This document shows, one piece after another, positions 1 to 12,026 of a stretch of DNA of 64,000 bases. Origin of the DNA: Takakia lepidozioides. Taxonomy: Eukaryota > Plantae > Bryophyta. The stretch's first letter is position 1. Every line of letters starts with the position of its first letter. A model generated the notes under the pieces. It had not been told where the DNA came from. It saw only the letters and a program-made list of their open reading frames with translations, and searched no databases. Location: contig CM060734.1 of the NCBI GenBank assembly GCA_030704615.1, positions 7,006,001-7,070,000 on the forward strand, given 5' to 3'. Made by a program: the position numbers and the translations under genes.

Positions 1-2081
1 GTATCGGCCGCTGTGGGCGTAGATTTTTGACCGTTGAGGGCCCTGACAGATTAAGGGGGAGTCGTGGGAAATGTCTTTATCAGGGTTACGTTCGATAGTG
101 TTGATGTGAATGTGAGGAATGGCGAGCGGGTAGGGAATGTTGTGGGCATCTGTGAGTTGTGCCTGGGAGACATGTTGCTGGTGAGTGTGTGTCAGGTAGT
201 TAATGTTGGTACGTTTATGGAACGCAGTAAGGAGGGCGAGGTTGTGGATGGGGTCACAGTCGTCATGTGAACCAAAGAGGTCGTCCTCAATTTGCCAAGT
301 GTTGTCATCTGAGGAAAAACCGGCCCATTTGCATAGGTAGTACGTATCCAGACATGTAGCGCCAAACGCGTCAGTTGATGTCTGGGTTCTGACCCCGAGA
401 ATGTCTTCAATAATAAAGGCGGTGGAATTGTTAGGATCGGCACCAAAAGTAGGAGAACACGGCGGGGGGGAGGGGGGGATTATGTCTACCTCGGTGCTGT
501 AAGAAGTAGCGGAGAGGGTGGGGGAGGTTTGAGTGTGCGAGTGAAGGGGTGGTGGGCTGGCAAGGTCATGACTACGGGTCTGGGTATGCGGTGAGGAGTA
601 GGAGGGGGAGGGGGCTGTGGCGCAGGGGAGAGTGTCAATGGTACCAGTATCCTCGGCATGAGAGGATTTAAGCATTTGTAGGATAGAGGGGGCAGGGGCG
701 GTACGAAAAGCGGGGAGTAGATCCTGCGGACTGTGGGGGAAAAGAAGACAGGGTAGGTCGCATTCAAGGGTACATGAGGCCGATGGGTGGCAAAATAGGG
801 TACGGAGGTGGTTAAGGAATCTGCAGGTTTTGGGAGTGGCTCTGGAGTGTTTAAGGGTGAATTCTATGAGGGTCAAGAGGCAGTTGCCGGTGGCGGTGGT
901 GAGCTTGGTGAGGGTCGTGATGTGTCGTCCTCTGAAATATTTGATGATAAGTATCTTTTGGCGGGGGAACTTGCGTTCGAATTGGGAGAGGAAAGGGCTC
1001 GTATGCCAGGCCTGTTCGAGGGGAGATATGGATTTAGGATAATCAGGGAGATCGGTTTGCACACTCGTTTTCATCTGGCGGAGTATGAATAGGGAGCGGG
1101 CAGTAGGGGAATGGAGACAAGACTGTGAGTGGAGGAAAGGTAGTGAGTGAAGTCCATTATACTTGGAGGCCAGGTGTTTGAGTAGCCCGCAGTAGATGAG
1201 ACCTAGACGGCCCGGGTCGTTGAGGGCTTCGAGTAGTTGGGAGCCAAGAGTGCGCGAGTATGATATTATTAAGAGACTAGTACCGATGCCATAGCTGTCC
1301 GTGGGGAGTTGAGTGAAAGCATTGGGAGTGCTAGTTGGGAGACCACAAATGCGCTTAGTGAGTTGGATAATTTGTCTGTCGATCTGGGTGATGTCAGGGA
1401 GGGAGAAGGGAGCCGCATCGAAGGAGTATTGGACCTGTGGTCTTAGGACGGATTCTATGAGGGAGAGTTTGGGCCTGATGGCTATGGGGGCTTTGAGGAG
1501 AGCCAGGCTTTTATTAGTTAGTTTGGTGAGTGTGGCGATTTTTTGTACATGCCATGTGAGCGAGGGGACAAGTTGAATACCTAAGTATGTGTAGGGTTCA
1601 TCAAGGCCTAGGAAGGGAAATGGTTTGTTCTGGTATTGGATGTATAGTTTGCAGTGTGACGCAATAGAAGATTTGGTAAGCTTACTGCGGTGGGTAGCCG
1701 CGGTGATGGGCGCATTTATGAAGACTTAGTTCCATTCCAGACCATTGGTTAAAGCGTGATAGTTTTTCAACTTGCCGGTTGAGGTGTTGGGGTTTGTGCG
1801 CAAGGATGGCAAGGTCATCCGCGTAAGCGGCAGCATAAATTTTGTTTGAGGAAGTTTTGTATTGGTATCCAAGTTTGCCACGTGCGATCCATCTGAGCAA
1901 GGGTTCAAGGAAGATGATAAAGAGGTAAGGACTAAGGGGGTCGCCTTGGATAGTGCCGCGTAGAATCGGGATGGGAGGGGTGGAACCATAATATGAGCTT
2001 GTATATTCCATGGAGCTGTTAGTATAAATATTACCGATGAGTTGTATAGCGTCTGATGGGTAGCCAAGGTCTGTCATAACA
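1..2081 (-). mobile_element. Non-LTR (LINE) retrotransposon ORF2 fragment: reverse transcriptase and downstream region, frameshifted
   Basis: ORF 1682..2107(-) has the LINE RT motifs RGTIQGDPLSPYLF and AAAYADDL. Minus-strand coding continues leftward with frameshifts (YLGI motif near 1580). The upstream part is lost at the 2081/2082 junction. Confidence 0.9.
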
Positions 2082-2119
2082 CTAGAAGCATTCGTGTCAT
2101 TTACCACTGGGGTAACGAC
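2082..2119 (-). mobile_element. Probable Helitron 3' terminus
   Basis: On the minus strand, hairpin GTC..TTACC-actgg-GGTAA..GAC (2096-2119) lies ~10 nt before terminal CTAG (2082-2085), followed by T. This is exactly where LINE RT homology stops. The 5' end was not located. Confidence 0.5.
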
Positions 2120-2849
2120 TCATTTTGAGTGGTAAAAGTCAAAAAACCGGAATCGACTGGAAGTTACAAACGATTAGTTACAACAGACGTGGAAGTTGGG
2201 TCGGACATCCAATGATTGGAGTGGTAAAGCACGTAGACGTGCGAACAACTGCTCAGCGATTATTGCGATTAATGCTGAAGAACCACGTGGCGTAACCAAG
2301 CAGGCCGCCCGTGTGTCTGACCTTTTGGGCTGACTTTGACTTTTTCCTCTGGATGAGTGGACTGACTCACCGGAGCGCGGAGACACATGGATGTGGACGT
2401 GGACGACGATGTGGACGCCGACGTGGCGGCGCCACGACGAGCAGCACTGTTGTCACGTGGCCACGGGCCCGGGGCCACATGGTAGTCGACCACATAACTT
2501 GCAGTGCTACATGCCCAATGGCAACTGCGACTGTGGAAGTCGGCGCAACCACTGCTTTACTACTTTAAATGAAGTGCTCGAAATTACTTGAACAATCATT
2601 CATAGTGCTTTGAAGTTTTGGTGTTTGTAATGAGCCGACTAGTACATACGCATGTAATGCCATACAAGAGAACTAATCATGTCATTAGAAATGCGAAAAC
2701 AATGAAAGACATGCCATGAAACAAAACGAAATGAAAATGAAATGAAATGAAACAAATGGTACTTTATTACATCTGCGGAAAGCTCAAAGAGCGTATGATA
2801 CAAAATGAAAAAACCAAAGTAAAAAAAACAGCCCAAAGTTATTACTGCT

Positions 2850-4530
2850 CTGGGAATTGCCTAAGGGTCAAGGCCTCGTGCAGGTAAGCTGCCAAGCAAT
2901 TGTGATCCTCATAATGCAAGACTCAATGACAGATTGAGTCCCACGGAATAGACCATCTACCCATGCAGGTTTCTTGTAGCTATTGATCCACAAGGAATCA
3001 TAGGTAATTTTGTGCTTGAAATCTGGCTCTCTTGGATGAATCTAGACCCACACTCTCTTTGCTCCTTCAGCTACACATGCCTCTGCACAAATCATGCATT
3101 CATCCTTGCCTTGCTGCTAGTAGCTGACAATGACAGCCTAGATTTATTCTAGGAAACATCCAACTCAGCTTCTGACACTAGTTCCTATGCTGAATGCGTC
3201 TGCTAGTCTATGAAATGTAACAGGCATTCACCTTTTTTCCTCGGTTGTCCCATCATTGACTGGGGCAGAACAGTATTCATTCCACAACTTCTCCTCATCT
3301 CTGTTACTTGTTTTTTGATACTTTCCTGTTGTCACATTGGCAGTATCATGTCAAAGTCACTCCAAACTAGATTCACTCAACCAACTAACTTACAGAATTC
3401 AACATGGAAATTTAGGGCCGATTCTGATAAGAGGGAAAAACAAGGTGAAATGTGTTGAAGAAGATGCCTTCATTAGCAGTGTCTGATTTTATAAATTGTG
3501 CCGCTGCTACCAGTTGACCATCTACCCATGCAGGTTTGTTGCAGCTGTAGAGTCAATCTGGAGCTTGAAGCCCGGCCCTCTTGGGTGAATCTGCACCCAC
3601 ACTCTATCCCTGCTCCTTCAACTATCCATGCCTCTGCACAAATCATGCATATATCATTGCCTTGCTGCTAGCAGCTGATGATGACAGCCTAGATTTATTC
3701 TTACACCCCAACCTTATTTGGAAAAACAGGCTGAAATGTGTTGAGGAAGGTGCCTTCATTAGCAGCACTTCATTGTATCAATTGTGCTGCCGCTACTGTT
3801 TCCACTTGCAACAATTGACCATCTACTCCAGCTAATTTCTTGTAGCTATTGATCCCTCAGCCTGAACCTGATCATGAATCTGGACCTCTATCCCTGGTCC
3901 CTCAGCTATCCCTGCCCGTGTACAGATCATGAATACATCCCTCAGCCTTGCTGCTAGCAGCTGACAGTGACGGCGTGAAGTCCTTCCAGAAAACACCCCA
4001 ACCTAGCAATTCTGAATTGCAACTGCTTCTCTCTGTAGTCGAACAAGCACTCACCTTTTTGTCTCCATTGTCCCCCACTGACTGGGGTCGGAAAGTGTTC
4101 ATCCCAAAGCTTCTCTTCATCTTGTTATCTGTTTCTGGGTACTTTCTTGCTGCCACATCAGCAGTAATTTGTCAAAGTCACTCCAAACCACCCCACATCC
4201 ACCCAACGAGCTAACTTACAGCATTCAATATGTAAATTCAGGGCTGGGTCTGATGAGAGGGCAAAATAGGCTGAAATAGGTCGAAGAAGAAGGTGCCCTC
4301 ACCACATTGTCCTCGACCTTGTGTCATGACCCATGGAGGATTTGACTGACCATGCACCCAAGAGGACTTGTGTGTGCGAGGTGTGTGCTGCTTCCACATG
4401 GAATTGTAGGCAATCTGGAGCTTGAAATCTGGCCCTCTTGGATGAATCTGGACCCACACTGTGTTATTGTCACCTGCTAGCATCAAGGCAAGGATGTATG
4501 CATGATTTGTGCAGAGGCATGGATAGCTGA
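2850..4530. repeat. Degenerate multi-copy duplication (2-3 direct copies plus one inverted piece)
   Basis: ccatctacccatgcaggttt recurs at ~2952 and ~3518 (variant at ~3819). cctctgcacaaatcatgcat recurs at ~3080 and ~3630 and is inverted at ~4500. Confidence 0.6.
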
Positions 4531-5650
4531 ATTTGGCGCCGCATTTCCATCCAGCAGGTAACTGGAATCCCGGATGGATCGAAATCCAGCGCCGAATTTC
4601 CATCCTGCAGGTATTTCCTCGCTGAGAATTACCTTCCTGCAGGTAATTCTGAGCGAGGAATTACCTTCCTACCTTCGTCGATAAGAATTACCTGCAGGAA
4701 GGTAATTCATCGATCAGAATTACCTGCAAGGAAGGTAATTCTCAGCGATGAATTACCTGCAGGATGGAAATTCGGCGCCGGATATCCATACGACAGCGAT
4801 CCGACTTACCTGCTGGATGGAAATTCGGCGCCAAATTTCCATCCATCCGGGATTCGAATTACCTGCAGGATGGATATGCAGCGCCGGATTTCGATCGATC
4901 CGGGATTTCACTTACCTGCTGGATGGAAATTCGGCGCCGGATTTCCATCCATCCGGGATTGCACTTGCCTGCTGGGTGGAAATTCGGCGCCGAATTTCCA
5001 TCCGGGGGCTGGTCTCTGTCGGAGAGGTGCAGGCCTCTCCGCCGCTCTGTTGGATATTCGGTGCCGAATTTCCGTCCGGCGGTTGAAATATGACGGCCAG
5101 GTGCCGACCTCTCCCCCCTCCCCGACCGCATTGGAACGGCCCCGGATTGAAATTCGGCGCCGTTTTCCTATCTGGGGAGGTTTTTATGTCGGCCAGTTTT
5201 CGGTCTGACACCCCGACAAGACTTCCTTGGGGGGGCCCGGATGGAAATTCGGCGCCGAATCTCCATCCAGGGGATGCTCTCTGTCGAACACGTGCCGACC
5301 TCTACGCCCGAGGCGACTTCATCCGGGCGTCCCCTGTTCGATATTCGGTGCCGAATTTCCGTCCGGGGGTTGAAATGTGACGGCCAAGTGCCGGCCTCTC
5401 CCCCCTCCCCGACTGCATCCGAACCGCCCCGGATGGAAATTTGGCGCCGTTTTTCCATTTGGGGATGTTTTTATGCCGGCCAGTTTTCGGCCTGACCCCC
5501 CGACACGACTTCCTTTGGGGGGCCCGGATGGAAATTCGGCGCCGAATCTCCATCCAGGGGATGTTCTCTGTCGCACACGCACCGGCCTCTGCGCCCGAGG
5601 CGACTTCATCCGGGCTTCCCCCGTTGGATATTGGGTGCCGAATTTCCATT
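4530..5650. repeat. Array of 28-bp palindrome GATGGAAATTCGGCGCCGAATTTCCATC, plus AATTACCTGCAGGTAATT-type motifs
   Basis: Many exact and near-exact copies are visible: ~53-bp units, then ~285-bp higher-order units. Confidence 0.95.
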
Positions 5651-6040
5651 CGGGGGTAGTAATATGACGGCACGGTGCCGGCTTCTCCCCTTCAGCCGCC
5701 ATCATCCGGACGGCCCCCCACTTTCTGACTGCATACCGTTGGCAGTTATTGCGCAAAGACCAGGGGCCGCATTCCGGAGACAAGGTTCATTAACACTCTG
5801 ACTGTGGATTTTTGAGATAGTTGGCTCCCTGGATTTGGATTAGGCTTCGTCGCTCGGACAAATCGGCATCGCATTCATTCCCATCGCTGCATCCCCCTTC
5901 TACCAGGGAGCTTCCCCGCACTCCATCCTGGGAGTCTTGTGTGCACATCTCCCATGGCGGAAAACCTGAGCACTACAGTGTACTGCCCTCCTCACGAGCA
6001 TAGAGCTTCATTTCCGTGCAGAGGGGACACCTGCCGGGTG

Positions 6041-9000
6041 ATGGAGAAATATTTGTGCGTTTGATACCACCTGAAACCGGGGTCGGTTTTTTTGGAGGAG
6101 GAAAGGAAGGACTCTAACGGCCTTGTTGTCGAGAGTATTGTTGTGCTCCACGATGATTTCGGCGATGGCAGGGAATGGCGAGTTCCACCATTGGACAGCG
6201 TCATATACAGGGCTGTTGGGGACTTCATTTGCCCGCCAAATGCACCTTCTATCCTGGCACCTTCCACGAAACAATCCGCGAATCAGAGAGTGGCTACCTC
6301 AAAGAGAGAAGTCCGCAACGAAGTAAATCCAGAGCCGAACCCATCCATGAAGACGAGCGAGAACCGGGTTGTTCACAACTTGTCCGACTCAGACGAGGTC
6401 ATGGAAGTTCCGAGGTCGTCCTGGAGATCAGGCAAGTCCTCAATGGACGTCAGTGGAGGAGGGAGTCATATTCCCAGCACGAGCACCGCAATTCGATCTA
6501 TTCTTGAAATTCTGCGAGGGCTTCACCTGGAGGGACACCGGTCGGAGCTGGCCGGGCTGGACTACAGCAAGTTCGCAATTAAATCGGTTACATGCCTTCC
6601 CGCCGACGTCGACGGTAATATCTTCTTTGAGTTCCCTCCTCGGGCGGACTACTCGAGGGCGTCCGGAATGTTGACAGATATGGATAGAAAACATGACGGT
6701 CATCCTTGGTGCGTTACCAAAACCACCAGCATGAAGATGCTCGATGGTGTGCGGGTGCGCTACGTTGTTTGTGCGGGCGCGTTGCGGTGTTTCTCCCCAA
6801 CTTGCTTCCACTTTAAATCCAGAGGTCACAGGAACGAGACCGATTGGACAGGCACAGCTCACCAACCATTTCGAGCTCAGGAGAAGGTTCCGAACTCCAC
6901 ATTTAAGTGTGCACATTGCAAAGAACCACCACACTGCATGTCTGTTTGTAATGCCAAGCAGTTCTATGTGTTGCACCGTTTCCCTGACCTCACCCGAGCT
7001 TGCATACACGTTGGTTCCCATTGTCACAAATTGGCGAGGGGGAACTCGCGGGAGGCTGCCCACGAAGCAGAGCAGCTCATTCAAGAGGAGGTTAAGTTGA
7101 GACCGGGTGCCAAACCCAAACAGATACAGCTCCAAGCCGCCCATAAGATGGCATTGGCCAGAATTATGTCGGAAGACGGCTCCGATAGAGTTCCTCTCGA
7201 CGAGAAGGAAATGGAGGCATTGCTGGAGTCGGTGTCCCACGTATGTTCACCGAATGTCCGAAACCACATTGTCTCATGCAAACAGAAAATTGGGCGTGGC
7301 TCCGATATGCACTCCATTCTGGAGGTGAAGCGACGATGTGGATATGACTACATTCATGGAAGTAGGTTTCCAGGACAAGGGACTGAGGCAGATCGTTGTT
7401 TCGTATTCAAAATGTCCACGTGTGGACCTGGCAGTGGCGTCGAACTGGTCGACAGGATGACGAGTGGGAACTTGTCAAACAGTTGGGTCATGTTCGACCA
7501 TATCAAGCGAATTACAAATCACCAGTGGGTGACAATGGGTGCACATGTCTACGACACCCACTACAGGATGCTAATGACAATTGCTATTTGTGAGATGAAA
7601 AGAGAGGACACACAATCGGAGATGCTTCTTTGGCAGGGAATAAACGAACAGATGGCCAAGGCGGGATTGCCCCCTCCGAATTTCCGTGGTTTCATGGCGG
7701 ACAACGCACAAGCAAATTGGGCTGCCATCCGAAGGGTGTACGGGCAAGACCCCAATGTTCCCATGGAAGGCAAGGAGAGATCTTGTGGGTTCCATTTTCT
7801 GCAGAGCCTTTCGCAGTACACAACCAGGCTCGTGGCGCCAAATTTCAGAGAAGAGCACCGTTCCATGTGCCTTGCGTGGAAGCGCGCTCCCACCTTGGAT
7901 GATGCAGAGACACAGTTTGCATGCATACGGGCTTGGTGGACATCGTCAGGTGCTGTAAGGAAATCAGACGAAGGAGCAATGGTCAGTTGGCTAGCATGGT
8001 GGCATTATCGTTTCCTCCAGTTCGGCGACTATATGCGGGAGGTGAGTTGCACGAATTCGCGTCCCGTTGGATATTATTCTTGGCCATATTTGTAACTTGC
8101 TTGTAACCTGAACATGTGCTTGTGCAGGAAATGTGTCTCGACTCCGACACCGACATGCCCACGACAAACATGGCCGAATCAGTGCACTCTTCCTGGCGTG
8201 CCTCCTCTGCGGCGCATCTGGTGGACATCCTCACTGCCACAATGGAGGACATTGTGAGGTCAATTATGCAGCAATGCAGGTACAACGAGTTCTTGAAAGG
8301 GAAACAGTGGGGCTTGGGGCCGGACAGGCAGGAAATGCTGATGCGGACTGCCTCCAGATCGAAGAATCCTCGGAAGTGGGCGGCGGCCTTGCGAGAGGGC
8401 CTTCGGGACACGCCATTGCTGCGAAGAGGCCAACATTTGGAAGGAGATGTTCATACCCGTCCAGTGAGACGAAGACTTGACGAGGCACCTGGCGGAGAAG
8501 AGGATTCATGGCGAGCTGACAAGAATATTCGCACGCTCCCTCGTGGTCCGGTGATGTTGTCCGAGGAGGTCTCGTCGAGCACCGGAAGTCCTGCACGTTC
8601 AAGATCGCCATCTCCTTTGAGCACAGGGCGCGTGCCCCGGCAACATAACGAGCCATCTGTAGTAAAGCAATACAACATTCCCATTGTGGAGACAAGAGTG
8701 TCGGAGTCACAGTGGAGAATTGCGAGGACATTGCCGGCATTTCGAGGGAAGTGTTGCGCCATCCGGGTGGATACGAGAGCACGCTGTGGTGAGATGATTC
8801 GGAGGAACCCACACGGTGCTGTACCTGCACCTTGTTTCAGCGGCAGATTTTTGACTCCCACATTTGCTCACGCCACAACGCAGACATTTTGGTTCTGTAG
8901 GCACGACATAATGACCTGTGTATTTGGCAAGCCCAAGTACGGGATTCAGGGAATGCCGGAGCCTCCGGGCGTCTGGCCTGTTGCACCGGGTTGCAGCCTC

Positions 9001-9546
9001 TCTCAGAATGAGGCGGATGATCTATCTGCAGCAAGATTTCGAATGGTGCAACGCACAGACATCCCGGCCCACGCATTTCCGGTTCCTCAGACCCAGCCAT
9101 TGCAGACTGCTCGGTCCAGTAGAGACGGATTGGACAATTCTGCACATCCCACAATGCGATTCGGAAGAGTGAAGAGACGACACCCTCCCAACAAGTTGAA
9201 TGAGACTCGGATTGCCAATGCTCTTGGGATGGCTTGCACTATTCAGAGCTCCGTGGACGTACCCCCACCCGGCCTTGGGCGTGTGTATCGGATGGCAACG
9301 GCCGGCTCGGCTGTACGCGACGATGTATACACAATTACGATTGGAGTGGAGCCGACTTGCAACTGTACGGACTTCTCGTTGATGGAAGCAAAGAAGGGTT
9401 CGAAGTATTATCCGTGCAAGCATCTGTATTACATTTACCTGAAGAGGTTGAGGATGAACGTGACTATTGATGACTTTATTCATGCACCGGCGTTGAGCGT
9501 GAACGAGCTGCACAAACTCCTCCTTAGGGATTCCAGAAATCATTGA
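6041..9546 (+). pseudogene. Mutator-like DDE transposase (GCM-like Zn domain, MULE core, C-terminal SWIM); 2 exons, intron 8042-8127; premature stop at codon 8
   Basis: Motifs WVMFDH, FMADNA, CGFH, TTNMAESVHS and SWIM CNC..CKH. The 86-bp phase-0 GTGAGT..TGCAG intron joins ORFs 6092..8095 and 8116..9546. TGA at 6062-6064 is CGA in the second copy. Confidence 0.9.
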
Positions 9547-9699
9547 TGGGGCAAACGGAATCTTCCATATGGATATTTTCAAATGCATTTTGCTGTATCA
9601 GACTTTTTTTTTGCAGTGTAATGAAATGCACCCCAAAACTCCTGGAATGAGGCAATATTCCATTCAAACTGAGATCCAACAGAAGCAGTTGTGGGGCCA

Positions 9700-10060
9700 T
9701 TTCTGGAAAAATGGCGCCGAATTTCTCTTTTTGGGGCCGAAAACTCGCTAAGTCCCAACATGCACTGGTACCTGTGTTTGGGAAAATGGCGCCGAATTTC
9801 TCTTTCTGGGGCCGAAAACTGGCTAAGTCCCAACATGCACTGGTACCGTGTCTGGAAAAATGGCGCCGAATTTCTCTTTTTTGGGCCGAAAACTGGCTAA
9901 GTCCGAACATGCACTGGAAAAATGGCGCCGAATTACCTGTCATGAGGGGACCTATAGCCGCGGAATTCGGCACCATTTTTCGCCAGAGAGACCTATTGCC
10001 GCGAAATACGTCGCCGTTTTTTCAGGTTACGGACCCTATTACCGCGAAATTCGGCGCCAT
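9700..10060. repeat. Subterminal ~60-70-bp tandem units containing AAATGGCGCCGAATTTC
   Basis: Repeated units are visible and are mirrored at 25880-26240. Confidence 0.85.
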
Positions 10061-10306
10061 ATTTGCACATGTCGCTGGGAATTGGCATGAGCGGAAGACG
10101 AAATATCATGAGCACAACTGTCAAAAGTGCAATTTTCCCTTCAAGGGGCCGAATAATATATTTGTTTTTTCTGACACATTGCATTAAATTATTGTTTTTT
10201 ATTGTTTTTTATTTTCGAAATTTGTACTTCTGCTCATGAAAACCGATTGTGTTACTACTCTGCTCATGCCGCTCATGCCGCTCATGCTCATGAAATAGCA
10301 AACCTC

Positions 10307-10843
10307 CTGTAACAGCGGGAGTTTGAAATTCATTGTCTTCGTAGAGCACCAAGGATTCACGTCGTACTTGCAATCCATTCCTTCCAGCAGCCCAACAGTT
10401 GTAGTATTGGGGAGAGGTGGAAGTTTGTAGACAATATCTCCATCGACGATTCGGGGCAGGCGCAGCACCTCCCAGTGTTCAATTTCAAAGAAGTCAACTT
10501 TTGCGAGAGCGCTCCTTGAAGTTTGACTGGAATGAAGCAGCCGTAGAACCTCCATTATGGAATTGGGATTGTTGGGGGTGGGTGGGTCAGCTTCGACGAC
10601 TGTTTTTGACGAGGATTTTGTGGAACAACAACAATACACTCTTCATCACTGGACAAGTCAATACTTTTGGACTTTACTCTGAGTCCAGCAGCAAAAGACG
10701 CCATAGTCTTGAGAGTCAATGCGGGGGATTGCTTGGGAGGAGTCTTTGCATTGTGGGGTGCAACCGGAAGACCAAATATCTTGTATCCAACTTCGCCATT
10801 GAATGGAAGTACCCAGGAGTCCCCTTCAGCATTACAAACTGGG
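10307..10843 (-). pseudogene. Remnant of an older, diverged MULE transposase N-terminus
   Basis: IMEVLRLLH..RSALAKVD..LPRIVDGDIVYKLPP..MDCKYDVNPWCSTKT aligns with ILEILRGLH..RSELAGLD..LPADVDGNIFFEFPP..MDRKHDGHPWCVTKT of the family A transposase. Cut by the family A TIR on the left and an LTR on the right. Confidence 0.8.
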
Positions 10844-11279
10844 TGTCGCGGCCCTTTGCCTTGAGGGCAGGGGGTCGGGACACAAGAAGGGCTGCCCCTG
10901 TGGTGGGGGCGGTGGCAACAATGGGTATGGGGGTTGAAGCACCGTTGAGTGCCCAAGGCACTCAAGGAGGCAGAGGCGCTCACTAGGTGGAGCCCCGCAC
11001 ACTGGGTTGCGGTGGGGGTGGCTCCACGAGGGGTGGTGGTAGCTTAGTGGGTCTTAGTGGGGCTGGCATAGGACTCACCATGGGGCTGAGACCTTGTGGT
11101 GGCAGTTGTGGGGAGTCTTGGGACTCATCACGGTCCATTGGGGCCGTGGTGGGTGGGCCAAGACTCACCGCGACTCATCACCGAGAATCAAGGGTCTTCG
11201 TGGTGGTTCGCCATAAAAAGACTGTGTTGTTTGTGAAACCCCCGCGGACAGTCACAGAAGTATATATAGGGAGAAGTAA

Positions 11280-11900
11280 GCATTCAGCCCTTTCAATTGC
11301 CTCGTTCAAAGTCTTAGGTGGCTTCTCCTCCAACTTTCGCCTGGCCCACGGGGCCAGTCCTGCCACAAAGTTGAAGACCATTTCTGGTTCTGCCATATCC
11401 GTGACTTCGAGCAACAACACATTGAAAGCCTGAACGTATCCCCGAATGTCATCCATTTGCTTCAAATTTCTTATCTTGTCCCGGGTGAGCCAGGACGCGT
11501 TGAGGGGCATGAACTGTTTCTTCATTAGTTCCTTGAACCCACTCCAGCTCAAGATCTCTTGGTCTGGCCCTTGGTCCTGAAGACGTTTCTGCCACCATTG
11601 TTGAACATAACCCCTCAAATGGGTGGGTGCCACTTCCACCCGATCCTCGTCACTCAACTTGGCCGCCCGGAAGTACTGCTCTAGCTCCAGGAGCTAGGTG
11701 TTGAGTGCCTTCCGATTTTGGACGCCCTCGAAGGTGTCGGGTTCCTTAGGCTTCACCTTAAATTTTGCCTTAGTGGAAGTGGCGTTGGCAGCTTGCATTA
11801 CGTCCTTCAGTGTCCCGCCAAACTGTGCCAGAAGCCCTTGGATGTCCCTAGGGGCGAAAGATAAGGCCGTATTGAGCTGAACCACAAGAAGGTCCGGCGG
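11280..11900 (-). pseudogene. Gypsy gag (capsid) segment, inverted relative to pol
   Basis: KPKEPDTFEG..WW..SWSGFKELMKKQF..LKQ..YVQAF..FVAGL..PKTLNEAIERAE on the minus strand. Confidence 0.85.
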
Positions 11901-12026
11901 GAGGGTGACTCCTTCCGACTGGAAAAGAAGTGGGATAGGCCACGCAGCGATAATGGCACATGGAAATCGAAGGGAGGACCTTCACACGTCAAGGCGGCAC
12001 CCGGTGCTCCGAAAGGAAAATCAGGT

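Larger units (their letters stand above)
4530..10306 (+). mobile_element. MULE family A, truncated copy (transposase half only)
   Basis: Near-identical inverted match to 25639-~32000. Ends in TIR ...GCTCATGAAATAGCAAACCTC at 10306. Homology stops on the left just beyond the central inverted-repeat region. Confidence 0.9.

Noticed and set aside
6440-9588. Antisense and alternate-frame ORFs over the transposase (e.g. 266 aa, 188 aa)
   Set aside because: Shadow ORFs of a GC-rich coding region; they recur in copy 2 only because the DNA is nearly identical.
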